DNA from: Candidatus Krumholzibacteriia bacterium | GTDB lineage: Bacteria; Krumholzibacteriota; Krumholzibacteriia; LZORAL124-64-63 | Reading direction: 5' to 3' | Assembly (NCBI GenBank): GCA_046484865.1 | Contig: JAWOID010000138.1 | Span: 1-50,760 of the forward strand | Length of the DNA stretch: 50,760 nucleotides | Shown here: positions 1 to 11,454 of the stretch, piece by piece | Position numbering within the stretch: position 1 is the stretch's first letter | Layout of the letters: the number at the start of each line of letters is the position of its first letter | Position numbers and translations under genes: made by a program | Notes under the pieces: model-generated | Told to the model about the DNA's origin: nothing | The model's input: the letters and a program-made list of their open reading frames with translations, nothing else | Database searches by the model: none

Positions 1-11
1 GGATCACGGGT

Positions 12-905
12 ATGCTGCTGGCGGTGACGATCGCCGGCCTGCTGGTGCCGGCGACGTCCCGGGCCGACGCCATGGGTCTGAAGTACCGCGTCATCGTGGG
101 CGAGTTCGAGGACAAGGCCGAACACGGCTGGTATCACGGTCCGGGCCCGGGCGAGGGCATGGCCGACATGCTGATCACCGCGCTGGTCAAGACCGGGAAG
201 TTCCGCGTATTCGAGCGGGCGGCGCTCGACGAGATCCTCGCCGAGAAGAACCTCAACCTGAGCGACCTCGCCAGCGAGAACGCCAGCGTGGCGCAGAAGC
301 TGGAGATCGGTGACATCCTGGTGAAGGCCACCATCACCGAGTTCGGCTACAAGCAGGGCGAGGTGGGCGGCAGCGTGGCCAAGGGGTATCTCAAGAAGGC
401 CTCGGTCGGGTCGTACACCGGCCGCGTCGCCGTCGACCTGCGCATCATCGATCTGGGCACCGGCGAGGTGCTGTGGGCGGACGCCGTGAACAAGACCGAG
501 ACCTCACGGTCGCTGGGCGTGTCCACCGAGCAGTTCAGCCTCCGCGACACCGACAAGTTCGACGACCACGTGGTAGGCAAGGCCACGCGGAAGGTCATCG
601 ATGCGGTGGTCGACAAGCTCGAGGACCAGGTCGAGAAGCGTCCCTGGCAGGGTGTCCTGATCACCGCCGACACCATGCTGTTCATCGACGGCGGCACCGA
701 GTTGGGCATCCAGCCGGGCATGCGCTTCGAGGTCAAGCGCAAGGACAAGGAAGTGAAGCACCCCAGGACAGGGAAGGTGCTCAAGGTGCTCTACAGCACG
801 CTGGGCGAGATCAGGACCACCGAGGTGGAGGACGGCATCACCACCTGCGAGGCGGTCTCGGGCGGCGATTTCGCGACCGGCGACGTGGTCACGCTGAAGA
901 GGTGA
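12..905 (+). CDS. CsgG/HfaB-family protein with FlgT-like C-terminal beta domain; may start upstream of the window
   Basis: Motifs GMADMLITALVKTGKFRVFER, ATITEFG, VAVDLRIIDLGTGEVL and C-terminal IDGG..LGI.PG..F.V...HPRTGKVL. Signal-peptide-like N-terminus. Reading frame is open to the window edge. Confidence 0.75.
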   Translation: MLLAVTIAGLLVPATSRADAMGLKYRVIVGEFEDKAEHGWYHGPGPGEGMADMLITALVKTGKFRVFERAALDEILAEKNLNLSDLASENASVAQKLEIGDILVKATITEFGYKQGEVGGSVAKGYLKKASVGSYTGRVAVDLRIIDLGTGEVLWADAVNKTETSRSLGVSTEQFSLRDTDKFDDHVVGKATRKVIDAVVDKLEDQVEKRPWQGVLITADTMLFIDGGTELGIQPGMRFEVKRKDKEVKHPRTGKVLKVLYSTLGEIRTTEVEDGITTCEAVSGGDFATGDVVTLKR

Positions 906-920
906 CCGGACGGTGATCGA

Positions 921-953
921 CGGCGGCCGGGGGCACGACGCTCCCGGCCGTCG
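921..953. terminator. GC-rich hairpin between convergent genes (putative terminator)
   Basis: CGGCGGCCGGG-N11-CCCGGCCGTCG, an 11-bp stem with one G-U pair. No clear U-tract. Confidence 0.45.
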
Positions 954-1021
954 AAACTTCCTTCCCGGTCCGCACGGCCGGATTGCAGGACGGGTTCCGG
1001 AAACTTCCTTCGTGGACCGAC

Positions 1022-2143
1022 TTACCGCCTCAGTTCGTCCCGCAGCGCGCCCAGGCACAGTTCCACGTTCTCCTCGCGACAGGAGTGTCCCATCAAGCCG
1101 ATGCGCCAGATCTTGCCCGCCAGCGGGCCGAGGCCGGCGCCGATCTCGATACCGTACTTCTCCAGCAGCGCCGTCCTCACCGCGGCCTCGTCCACGCCGT
1201 CGGGGACGCGGACGGCGGTGAGCTGCGGTATGCGCTCCGATTCCGGGACGAACGGCTGCAGACCCAGGCGCTGCAGGCCGTTGCGCAGAAGGTCGGACAC
1301 GCGCCGGTGTCGCGCCCAGGCGTTCTCGAGACCCTCCTCGTGAAGCATCACGAGTGCCTCGTGGAAACCGTACAGCGAGTTGATGGGCGCGGTGTGGTGG
1401 TAGGCGCGCTTGCCGGTGCCGCTCCAGTAATCGACGATCATCGTGAGGTCGAGGAACCAGCTCTGAACCTTGCGGCGGCGGCTCTTCAGGCGGTCGAGCG
1501 CGCGCGGCCCGAACGAGACGGGGCTGAGGCCCGGCACGCAGGACAGGCACTTCTGGCTCCCGGAGTAGATGGCGTCGACGCCCCACCCGTCCACGTCCAC
1601 CGGCAGACCGCCGAGCGAGGTGACGGCATCCACGATGCTCAGCACCCGGCTCTGACGGCACAGCTTGACGATCTCCGCGGCGTCGGACAGGGCGCCGGTG
1701 GAGGTCTCCGCGTGCACGAAGGCGACGGCCTTGGCCTCGGGATGTTCCTGCAGGGCGCCATGGACGCGCCTGGGATCCGCCGGCCGGCCCCATTCGCCCT
1801 CGAGCGCGATCGGCGTGCCGCCGTAGCGTTCCACCATCTCGCGCATCCGGTTGCCGAAGTATCCGTTCACGTAGACGATCACGTGATCGCCGGGCTCCAC
1901 CAGGTTGGCGAAGCAGGTCTCCATGCCGGCGGTGCCCGGGCCGGACACCACGAAGGTCAACTCGTTCCCGGTGCGGAACGCCTGCTGCAGCATGGCCTTG
2001 ATCTCGTCCATCATGGTGATGAACGCGGGGTCGAGATGGCCGATCGTCGGTCGCGCGACGGCCTCGAGGATGCGCACCGGCACGTCCGAAGGTCCGGGGC
2101 CCATGAGGATGCGGCGCGGCGGCTGGAACGATGCGAACGGCAT
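1022..2143 (-). CDS. Alanine-glyoxylate / serine-pyruvate aminotransferase (class V PLP enzyme)
   Basis: LMGPGPS, VHAETSTG, VDAVTSLGG, SGSQKCL (PLP Lys), YHHTAP, WRIGLMG. Confidence 0.93.
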   Translation of the reverse strand: MPFASFQPPRRILMGPGPSDVPVRILEAVARPTIGHLDPAFITMMDEIKAMLQQAFRTGNELTFVVSGPGTAGMETCFANLVEPGDHVIVYVNGYFGNRMREMVERYGGTPIALEGEWGRPADPRRVHGALQEHPEAKAVAFVHAETSTGALSDAAEIVKLCRQSRVLSIVDAVTSLGGLPVDVDGWGVDAIYSGSQKCLSCVPGLSPVSFGPRALDRLKSRRRKVQSWFLDLTMIVDYWSGTGKRAYHHTAPINSLYGFHEALVMLHEEGLENAWARHRRVSDLLRNGLQRLGLQPFVPESERIPQLTAVRVPDGVDEAAVRTALLEKYGIEIGAGLGPLAGKIWRIGLMGHSCREENVELCLGALRDELRR

Positions 2144-2231
2144 GATTCACCTCGCTGGTTGGGGCGCAGACGCCGGTTCTCATCCGTCCGGGGCAGGGTA
2201 GCGCGACGACCGCACCGTCACAAGCCCGCTC

Positions 2232-2307
2232 GCGGGGCGCGGGCGGCCGCCAAGGAAGCGGGGCGAGGGCGGCCGCCGCGGAAGCGGCGCGGGCGGCCGC
2301 CGCGCCC
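2232..2307. repeat. Intergenic degenerate ~26-bp tandem repeat, 3 copies
   Basis: gcggggcgcgggcggccgccaaggaa / gcggggcgagggcggccgccgcggaa / gcggcgcgggcggccgccgcgccc. Confidence 0.7.
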
Positions 2308-2335
2308 GGAGCCGGGAGACGGCCGCCCCGGTGGA

Positions 2336-3631
2336 TCAGGCGAACTGCTGTTCCTCGGTGCTCCCCTTGAGCGCCGAGGTCGAGCCGGTACCGCCGCTGA
2401 GGGTCTGCTGGATCTGGTCGAAGTAGCCGGCGCCCACGAACTTCTGGTGCCTGGCCGCGGTGTAGTCCGCCTCGCGTTGCAGGGCGAATTCCCGCTCCTG
2501 CAGGCGGCTGTACGCCGCCATGCCCTCGCTGGCGTAGCCGCGGGCCAGCTCGTACATGCCCAGGTTCAGCGAGTGGAAGCCGGCCAGCGTGACGAACTGG
2601 AACCTGTAGCCCATCTCGGCGATCCGTTCCTGGAACGTGGCGATCGTGGCCTCGTCCAGGTTGCGCCGCCAGTTGAACGACGGAGAACAGTTGTACGCCA
2701 GCAGCTTGCCGGGGTGCCGGTCGTGTATGGCCTCGGCGAACTCGCGCGCCTGGCCCAGGTCGGGCGTCGAGGTCTCGCACCAGATCATGTCGGCGTACGG
2801 CGCGTACTCCAGGGCGCGGGCGATGGCGTACTCGTTGCCCGCGCGGGTGCGGAAGTAGCCCTCGGCAGTGCGTTCACCGGTGAGGAACGGTTTGTCCACC
2901 TCGCCGTAGTCGCTGCGGATCAGGGTGGCTCCCTGCGCGTCGGTGCGCGCGATGATCAGCGTGGGGACGCCCAGCACGTCGGCCGCCAGACGGGCCGCCA
3001 CCAGCTTCTCGATGAACGCGCCGCCGGGCACCAGCACCTTGCCGCCCATGTGCCCGCACTTCTTCAGCGACGAGAGCTGGTCCTCGAGATGGATGGCGGC
3101 GGCGCCGGCCTCGATCATGTGCTTGACGAGCTCGAAGGTGTTCAGCGGCCCGCCGAAGCCGGCCTCGGCATCGGCCACCAGCGGCGCGAACCACTCGACG
3201 TCGCCGCGGCCCTCCAGCGCCTGGATCTGGTCGGCCCGCGCCAGCGCGTTGTTGATGCGGCGGATGAGCCGCGGCGCGCTGTCCACCGGATACAGGCTCT
3301 GGTCCGGATACGTGTGCAGGGCGCTGTTGGCATCGCCGGCGATCTGCCAGCCGCTGACGTAGATGGCCTTCAGGCCCGCCTGCACCATCTGCACGGCCTG
3401 GTTGCCGGTCATCGCGCCCAGGGCGCGCACGAACGGCTCCTCCTGTAGCATGGCCCAGAGGCGCTCCGCGCCCAGGCGGGCGAGGGTGTGCTCGATCAGC
3501 ACCGTGCCGCGCAGGCGCAGCACATCCGCGGCCACGTAGCCGCGCTTCACGCCCCGCCAGCGCGGATCGCGGCCCCAGGATTGCGAGAGTTCGTCGATCT
3601 GGGACTCTGGTTTCTCTCCGAATCGGATCAT
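2336..3631 (-). CDS. aceA: Isocitrate lyase
   Basis: Catalytic [11 protein letters not shown], plus [19 protein letters not shown] and C-terminal STEEQQF. Start ATG at 3631 with GGGAG upstream. Confidence 0.97.
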   Translation of the reverse strand: MIRFGEKPESQIDELSQSWGRDPRWRGVKRGYVAADVLRLRGTVLIEHTLARLGAERLWAMLQEEPFVRALGAMTGNQAVQMVQAGLKAIYVSGWQIAGDANSALHTYPDQSLYPVDSAPRLIRRINNALARADQIQALEGRGDVEWFAPLVADAEAGFGGPLNTFELVKHMIEAGAAAIHLEDQLSSLKKCGHMGGKVLVPGGAFIEKLVAARLAADVLGVPTLIIARTDAQGATLIRSDYGEVDKPFLTGERTAEGYFRTRAGNEYAIARALEYAPYADMIWCETSTPDLGQAREFAEAIHDRHPGKLLAYNCSPSFNWRRNLDEATIATFQERIAEMGYRFQFVTLAGFHSLNLGMYELARGYASEGMAAYSRLQEREFALQREADYTAARHQKFVGAGYFDQIQQTLSGGTGSTSALKGSTEEQQFA

Positions 3632-3690
3632 GGTCGTCGTCTCCCGGCGTCGGCGCATGGCGCCGTGATGAGCGCGCGTGTCGGCGCAGG

Positions 3691-5391
<1,701 letters not shown>

Positions 5392-5649
5392 GAGGGTTCC
5401 TCCCGGGGAGAATATCCGAACCGTTTTAATCCTCATTATCATCTAGCCGCCCAGGTAACGGCTCTTCCCGGCCCGAGCCCATGGGAGATCGCCTGAAAGG
5501 CGACGCCGGCGACCTGCAATGCGACACGGCGCCTTGCCCCGCGGCGGTCCTGCAGGTAGCCGTGTGGCATGGGTGCGGGAGCGGATGCGCAGGCGTGGGG
5601 GCGCGTGATCGCTCATCTCCTGCTGGAGGTTTCTTGCTGGAGGTTCCAG

Positions 5650-6129
5650 ATGAAGAGAGCGAAGACGACGACGCTCGTGGCCCGGGCGGCAGCGGTGGGA
5701 GCGGTCGCGGGCATGCGTAGCATGAGTCCACCGGCGATGGTGGGCCGGCGGCTGGCGCGGCACGCGCTGGGGCGGTCGCGTGCCGAATGGATGAGTTCGC
5801 GCCGCACCGGGCGCGTGCTGGCGCTGATGGCGGCGGGAGAGATCGTCGCGGACAAGATGCCCGGAATACCGTCCCGCACGTATCCGCCCGCGCTCGCCAT
5901 GAGGGCGATGACGGGTGCAGCCACGGCGGCGGCCTTGGCGCGCGCGAGCGGCGGTCACCGCTGGCACGGCGCCCTGGCGGGTGCCGCGGGCGCGGTGGCG
6001 GGGGCCCACGTGGCCCGCCGCCTGCGGGAGGGCGCGGTGCGGCGCACCGGCTGGTCGGACCGGGCCGTGGGCGTGATCGAGGACGCGGCGGCGCTGGGGC
6101 TCGGCTGGCTGGTCTGCCGACGGCGATGA
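5650..6129 (+). CDS. DUF4126-like membrane protein
   Basis: GAVAGMRSMSPPA, AAGEIVADKMPGIPSRT, IEDAAA. GGAGG RBS at 5639-5643. Confidence 0.75.
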   Translation: MKRAKTTTLVARAAAVGAVAGMRSMSPPAMVGRRLARHALGRSRAEWMSSRRTGRVLALMAAGEIVADKMPGIPSRTYPPALAMRAMTGAATAAALARASGGHRWHGALAGAAGAVAGAHVARRLREGAVRRTGWSDRAVGVIEDAAALGLGWLVCRRR

Positions 6130-7346
6130 ACCGCGGTCCCGACGCCGGCCCCGGGAACGACCCCGAAGCCGGCCCCGGACGCGATCCCGCGGCTGGCCCC
6201 GGTCTTGACGCCGCGGGGGCGGCCGCATCCGCCGAGAAGGCCCGCTCGGCGGCACACTTGCCTGGCCAGCCGGCGGCACCCGACCGACCGCCGCCGCTCC
6301 AGATGCCCGGGCTGCGCACCTCCGCCGCGATGGGCACCTTCCTGCTGCTCCTCTTCACCGGGCTCTTCCTGGCCCGCGGCTTCGTGCTACCGATCCTCAT
6401 CGCGGTGATCCTGTCGCTGCTGCTCTCGCCGGTGGTGCGCGCCCTGACCCGGCTGCGGATCCCCGAGAGCCTGGGAGCTTTCCTGGTCATCGTGGGCTTC
6501 CTGGTCGCGCTGGGCGTGGTCACCGTTCGTCTCGCGGGGCCGGCGGCCTCCTGGATGGAAGAGACGCCAAGGCATCTGCGCACCATCGAGTACAGGCTGC
6601 GCCACCTGAAGGAACCCATGGAGAAGGTGGCGCGAGCCTCCAAGCAGGTGGAGGAACTGGCGGACATGGACGGCGAGGAACCCCGCGTCACGCCGGTCGA
6701 GGTGAGGGAGTCTCGGCTTTCCACCATCCTGCTCAGCGGCACCCGCGAGTTCCTGGCCACGTCCGTGGCAGTGTTGATCCTGCTCTACTTCCTGCTGGCC
6801 AGCGGCGACCTTTTCCTGCGCAAGCTCGTGGTGATGCTGCCCACGCTGCGCGACAAGCGGCGGGCGGTCGAGGTGGCCCAGCAGGTGCAGCGGGAGGTGA
6901 GCCGCTACCTCCTGGCCGTGACCGTGATCAACGCGGGCCTGGCGGCGGTGGTGAGCGTGGCCCTGGCGCTGCTCGGGATGCCGAACCCGGTGCTGTGGGG
7001 CGTGCTCGCCGGACTCCTGAACTACGTACCGTTCATCGGGCCGGTGGTCACCTTCAGCGTGATCACCGTGGTGTCGCTGCTGAGCTTCGACTCCGCCGGG
7101 CGCGCGCTGGTGGTGCCGCTGGTCTACGGCGCCATCAACTTCACGGAGGGCAACCTGATGACGCCGCTGCTCCTGGGACGGCACCTGGTGCTGAATCCGG
7201 TGGCCATCTTCGTCGCGCTGATGTTCTGGGGCTGGCTGTGGGGAATCCCCGGGGCACTGCTGGCGGTGCCGCTGCTGGCGATCTTCAAGATCATCTGCGA
7301 CAATCTCGCGCCGCTGCAACCGCTCGGGGAGTTCCTGGGCCGTTGA
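6126..7346 (+). CDS. AI-2E family (PerM/YhhT) transporter
   Basis: Multiple TM segments; GMPNPVLWGVLAGLLNYVPFIGP, EGNLMTP, LNPVAIF..FWGWLWGIPGALLAVP. ATGA overlap with the upstream gene. Confidence 0.9.
   Translation: MNRGPDAGPGNDPEAGPGRDPAAGPGLDAAGAAASAEKARSAAHLPGQPAAPDRPPPLQMPGLRTSAAMGTFLLLLFTGLFLARGFVLPILIAVILSLLLSPVVRALTRLRIPESLGAFLVIVGFLVALGVVTVRLAGPAASWMEETPRHLRTIEYRLRHLKEPMEKVARASKQVEELADMDGEEPRVTPVEVRESRLSTILLSGTREFLATSVAVLILLYFLLASGDLFLRKLVVMLPTLRDKRRAVEVAQQVQREVSRYLLAVTVINAGLAAVVSVALALLGMPNPVLWGVLAGLLNYVPFIGPVVTFSVITVVSLLSFDSAGRALVVPLVYGAINFTEGNLMTPLLLGRHLVLNPVAIFVALMFWGWLWGIPGALLAVPLLAIFKIICDNLAPLQPLGEFLGR
6138..6209 (+). repeat. In-frame 24-bp tandem repeat, 3 copies (PDAGPGND/PEAGPGRD/PAAGPGLD)
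   Basis: cccgacgccggccccgggaacgac / cccgaagccggccccggacgcgat / cccgcggctggccccggtcttgac. Confidence 0.8.
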
Positions 7347-7355
7347 GGCGGGCGG

Positions 7356-8195
7356 TCAGTCGGGAATCACCACGTCGTCGAGCTTCTCGGAGGGCTCGGG
7401 ATACCGAAGTTCCATGCCCTCGAGGGCCTCCCGCACGATCCGCGCGACCAGCGCGTTACGAAGCCATTTGCGGTCGGCCGGGATCAGGTACCAGGGCGCC
7501 CACGGGCGGCTGGTATCGACCAGCAGGCGGGTGTAGGCGGACCAGTAAGCGTCCCACTTGCTGCGCGTCTCCAGGTCGCCGCGGCTGAACTTCCAGTTCT
7601 TGTGCGCCCTGGACAGTCGCTTCTCCAGCCGTTCCTTCTGCTCCGCGCGGGAGATGTGCAGGAAGAACTTGAGGATCACCACGTCGTTCTCGGCCAGGTA
7701 CTGCTCGAAGTCGCGGATCTGGCGCAGGCGAAGCTCCTGGTCCCTGGCGGTGAGCGGTCCCTCCACCACCGGCACGAGCACGTCCTCGTAGTGGGAACGG
7801 TTGAACACGCCGAGGATGCCTCGCGGCGGCACCTGCCGGTGCACGCGCCACAGGTAGTCGTGCTTCCGCTCCAGCGCGGTGGGCGCCACGAAAGGCCACA
7901 CGCGAACGCCCTGCGGGTTCATCGGCCCGAAGACGTGCCGCACGGTGCCGTCCTTGCCGCTCGTGTCCATCCCCTGCAGCACCACCAGCACTGCCCGCCC
8001 GGACTCCGCCCAGAGGATCCGCTGCAGGTCCCTCAGGCGGGCCACGTCCGCGGCCAGGGCGTCTTTCCCCTCCTGCTTGTCGGCGAAGCCGAGCATGTCG
8101 CGCGTGTCCACGGCCGCAAGGTCGAGGGGCGCATCCGGATCGATGCGGAGGAACGTGGGCAGGCCACGATCGGCGCTGGGTTCCCGGGGGCTCAT
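7356..8195 (-). CDS. ppk2: Polyphosphate kinase 2 family, likely class III polyP:nucleotide phosphotransferase
   Basis: Walker A QGMDTSGKDG, HDYLWR, FNRSHYEDVLV, KFFLHIS..EQ..RL..R, KNWKFS..D, APWY.IPAD.KW.RN. ATG at 8195 with GGAGG. Confidence 0.92.
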   Translation of the reverse strand: MSPREPSADRGLPTFLRIDPDAPLDLAAVDTRDMLGFADKQEGKDALAADVARLRDLQRILWAESGRAVLVVLQGMDTSGKDGTVRHVFGPMNPQGVRVWPFVAPTALERKHDYLWRVHRQVPPRGILGVFNRSHYEDVLVPVVEGPLTARDQELRLRQIRDFEQYLAENDVVILKFFLHISRAEQKERLEKRLSRAHKNWKFSRGDLETRSKWDAYWSAYTRLLVDTSRPWAPWYLIPADRKWLRNALVARIVREALEGMELRYPEPSEKLDDVVIPD

Positions 8196-8244
8196 CGCGA
8201 CCTCCGTGCCGGCGGCGGTGACGGGTCTACGCTTCCCCCCCGAT

Positions 8245-9072
8245 CTACTTCTCTCCGACGACGTACGCAAGCCATCCCGGCGTATTCTCGGCCCGACGCG
8301 CCGGACGGAACTCGTTCTCGTCCTCGTCCTCGGAGCGATCCCAGTAGACGTGCGTCGCCTTGAAACCGGCCAGTTCCAGCACGTCGCGCACCTCCGCCAG
8401 GGTGTAGAGACGCCAGCGATAGGTGAAGGCCTTCTCCCAGCGCCCCCCGCCGGGGAACTCGAAGTGGATGTAGCAGGTGGCCATGTTGTCGATCGGATTG
8501 TAGCCCGCCTGATCCCAGATGTAGGTGAACCGGCCCTGCGGACCGTCCACCTCCCGGGGCTCCTCCACGAGCTGCTGGGCTTCCCAGCCGCCGTAGCAGT
8601 CCATGAAGAAGAGGCCGTCGTCCGCCAGGCTCCGGTACACCGCCCTGAAGTACTCCACGAGCCGCGGTAGCGGATGGATCAGGTACCAGCTGAAGTTGTA
8701 GGCACAGACGGCGTCGCAGCCCGGCTGCGTCACGGTGCGCACGTCGCTCTCGCGCAGGTCGATCCGACGTGCCGCCTCGCCCAGCGACGACAGGTTGTGG
8801 CGGTGCGCCCACTGGAGGGTGGCCGTGTCCAGGTCCAACCCGAGCGCGGACCGGTCGGGATGCTCGCGCACCCAGGTGCTGCTCAGCAGCGCGGTGCCGC
8901 AGAAATCCTCGCGCAACGAGAGTGCCCGGCGCCCGCGAAGACGGCGAAACGCCCGGTCGATGAACCTCACCTCGAAGTCGGCGTTCTGCACCGACCACTG
9001 GTAGAGCAGATGGCGATCGGCGGTCCGGCGGCTGAGCTTGCGGCCGCCATTGCGCTGGATGGTTCTGGGCAT
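8245..9072 (-). CDS. Class I SAM-dependent methyltransferase-like protein
   Basis: LY..SVQ, LREDFCGTA (motif I variant), GLDLD, D...AYNFS, G.FFMD.YGG. Confidence 0.8.
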   Translation of the reverse strand: MPRTIQRNGGRKLSRRTADRHLLYQWSVQNADFEVRFIDRAFRRLRGRRALSLREDFCGTALLSSTWVREHPDRSALGLDLDTATLQWAHRHNLSSLGEAARRIDLRESDVRTVTQPGCDAVCAYNFSWYLIHPLPRLVEYFRAVYRSLADDGLFFMDCYGGWEAQQLVEEPREVDGPQGRFTYIWDQAGYNPIDNMATCYIHFEFPGGGRWEKAFTYRWRLYTLAEVRDVLELAGFKATHVYWDRSEDEDENEFRPARRAENTPGWLAYVVGEK

Positions 9073-9284
9073 GGGTCCGGTTCGCGCGGGTGGCGAGGCC
9101 GAGGTCGTGGTCCGTGCATCGATTCCTGCGGCACGATAGCCGCGGGTCGGGCACAGGTCAATGACGGTCGACCGCGAGCACGTGCTCGACCGCGAGCAGG
9201 CGCGTGATCGGAGGTCCGGTCCGAAGGTCGCGCGCGACCGGCTCAGTCGGCGTCGAGGTGGCGCAGGGCGAAGGACGCCGCCTG

Positions 9285-10991
9285 TTAAGCCGCCACGAAC
9301 CCGGGACCCTGGGGATCGAGTTCGACGGCCCGGCGCAGATCCTCGCAGGCCGCGGCGACGTCGCCGCAGCTATGCAGCAGCAGACCGCGGTTGTAGAAGC
9401 CAACGGCGGAATCGGGATCCAGCTCCACCGCGCGGTCCATGGCCCGCCGCGCCGCCTCGCAATCCTTGAGTGCGGCGAGCGCCACCCCGAGCGCGCGCCA
9501 GCCCAGGGCGTTCTCGGGCGCGGTGGCCACCGCCTGCTCGAGGGTCAGGCGGGCTCCCGCCGGATCCCCGAGTTGCAGGTCCACCAGCGCCAGGCGCAGA
9601 TCGGTGTCGTGGTCGGCGATCCCCTGGGCTGCGAAACCCTGGCGAGCAGCCGCGAGCTCGCGCCTCGCATCGGACAGCTCTCCCAGGTCGAGGCGCAGGC
9701 GACCGCTCAGGGCATGCACGTGCGCCGGCCACACGTGCCAGCGCCGGCAGCGCTCGACGGCGGCGACGGCGCGTTCGCCCAGCCGGACCCGCAGGTCGGG
9801 GTCGCTCGTGGACAGCGCCCTCGCCGCCAGCGCCGCCGCGTGTGCAAAGCGTGAGCCCGACAGGTACAGCTCGCCGTAGCTGCGGAAGAAGGCGTCGCTC
9901 GGTGCCGGTCGGTCCCGGACCACCGGACCCCAGGAGACCGGCGTCACGGGATAGTAGTGCTGCAGCGGTCGCGTGATGAAGGAGGTGCCGTAGCACGACG
10001 ACGTCAGCGGGTCCTCCACGGCCTCGAGGACGAGGCCGGCGTCGTTCCAGAACCGGTCCATGTGGAGACAGAACGAACGCACGAACTGCAGATCGCCGAG
10101 CGCGTGGCGCGCCAACCGGGTGTCGCCGGCGGCATGGAAGGCCATCGCCCGGATCCAGCGGGAGGCGTAGTCGGTCGGGCGCGAGGTCATGCCCCACGTG
10201 TACACCGTGACCCAGGGCGTGTGCGCGGCAGGCAGGTCGGTCGCTGCCGCGCATGCGTCCGCGACGCGCCCGGCGCCGGCCAGCAGCAGTCCCTCGAGCA
10301 GCTGGATCTCCCAGTCGTCCGGGAATCGTTCGCGCGCCGGCGAGACGACCGTCAGGCCATCCTCCCAGAGTCCCAGCTCGCGCAGTGTCCAGCCGCGCAC
10401 GAGGGCGATGCGCCGGCCGAGATCGGCGTCGGCCGCGGCCGGCGCGAGTTCGACGGTGCGGGCCGCCATCGCGAGGTCGGCGCGTGCCGTGCCCAGGTCG
10501 CCGATGCCGAAGCCGAAGTCCGCGAGTGCGAGCCACCACTGGGCGACGGTGGGATCCCCGGCGACCGCCTCCCGCAGCCTGGCGATCGCCTCGCTCAATC
10601 GCTGCCGCGTCTCGCGCCGGCGGTCCTTGAACCCGAATCGCGTCTCCGGACCGAGACGCCCCTTTTTCTGGTCCCACGCCCAGAAATCCGACCACGCCTG
10701 CGCCGCGAGGACGGCGCGACCGTGCCGTCGCTCGCGCTCGGGCTGCGGCAGGGCCAGGAAGGCGGTCACGGCCGCGGTGTCGGGCCGGGCATCTCCCAGG
10801 AGCCGACCGGTCTCGCTCGCCACCAGGCGATCGCCGTGCAGCGTGACGGCCATGGCGGTGTCGTCGATCTCGGCGGGGATGCGTCCGATGGCGGCACCAT
10901 TGACGCAGCCACCCAGGAGAGCGGCCAGCGCGGTTGCAAGGGCCAGACTGGCGATCGATCGAAGCGAGCGGATGGTTCCGGAGTTCTCCAT
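9285..10991 (-). CDS. Tetratricopeptide-repeat protein, probable lipoprotein
   Basis: N-terminal hydrophobic stretch ending LLGG-C (lipobox-like). C-terminal TPRs: PENALGWRALGVAL, DPDSAVGFYNRGLL, AVELDP. Confidence 0.7.
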   Translation of the reverse strand: MENSGTIRSLRSIASLALATALAALLGGCVNGAAIGRIPAEIDDTAMAVTLHGDRLVASETGRLLGDARPDTAAVTAFLALPQPERERRHGRAVLAAQAWSDFWAWDQKKGRLGPETRFGFKDRRRETRQRLSEAIARLREAVAGDPTVAQWWLALADFGFGIGDLGTARADLAMAARTVELAPAAADADLGRRIALVRGWTLRELGLWEDGLTVVSPARERFPDDWEIQLLEGLLLAGAGRVADACAAATDLPAAHTPWVTVYTWGMTSRPTDYASRWIRAMAFHAAGDTRLARHALGDLQFVRSFCLHMDRFWNDAGLVLEAVEDPLTSSCYGTSFITRPLQHYYPVTPVSWGPVVRDRPAPSDAFFRSYGELYLSGSRFAHAAALAARALSTSDPDLRVRLGERAVAAVERCRRWHVWPAHVHALSGRLRLDLGELSDARRELAAARQGFAAQGIADHDTDLRLALVDLQLGDPAGARLTLEQAVATAPENALGWRALGVALAALKDCEAARRAMDRAVELDPDSAVGFYNRGLLLHSCGDVAAACEDLRRAVELDPQGPGFVAA

Positions 10992-11252
10992 GCCGAAAGC
11001 CTCCCCGATCCGGAGTCCGGGCTCATCGAACGAGCCGCTCGTGCGTCAAATGATCTTGGTCGATCACCCAGGCTCAGGGAAGGGAATACGCGGCCGGGGG
11101 TCAATGGAGGCGAGGTCCGGGTAACCAGCCAACATTATCCCCTTTCGCACCGCCAACGAGGTACGGTGATCCTCCTTATTCGGTCAGATCCGAAAAGCGA
11201 GCACCCCCATGCGCATGTCGCCGGCACCGCTCCCCGGCGGTCACGGCGCGCC

Positions 11253-11414
11253 ATGCACATGCACCTGGTCATATTCCAGATCCTGGACCGCACCCCGTTC
11301 ACGACGGTCGGCGACTCGATCGTCGAGGGCACGCCGCAGCCCCCCGCGCCGATGGACAGCGGCTGGCACGACACCGTCCCGGTCTATTCGAACGAGATCG
11401 TGCGCGTGATCGCC
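11253..11414 (+). pseudogene. Fragment of a multicopper oxidase (CotA/bilirubin-oxidase-like domain 3)
   Basis: MHMHLVIFQILDRTPF...GWHDTVPVYSNEIVRVIA matches the HPxHxH-L-FQ-L-R...GWKDTV....E-VRVI pattern. The N-terminal domains and the HCHxxxHED motif are absent. Confidence 0.75.
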
Positions 11415-11454
11415 ACGCAGGGCGCGCCGGTTCGAGCCGGACGAGGCTCCAGGC

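Noticed and set aside
9168..9198. Short direct repeats TCGACCGCGAGCA x2 (also TGCTGGAGGTT x2 near 5621-5645 and GAAACTTCCTTC x2 near 953-1011)
   Set aside because: Only two copies each, with nothing mobile between them. Consistent with local duplication; no function can be supported.
11425..11445. GGTTCGAG hairpin resembling a tRNA T-arm (similar motif near 48495)
   Set aside because: Stem and loop geometry is wrong, and there is no acceptor stem, anticodon arm or CCA.
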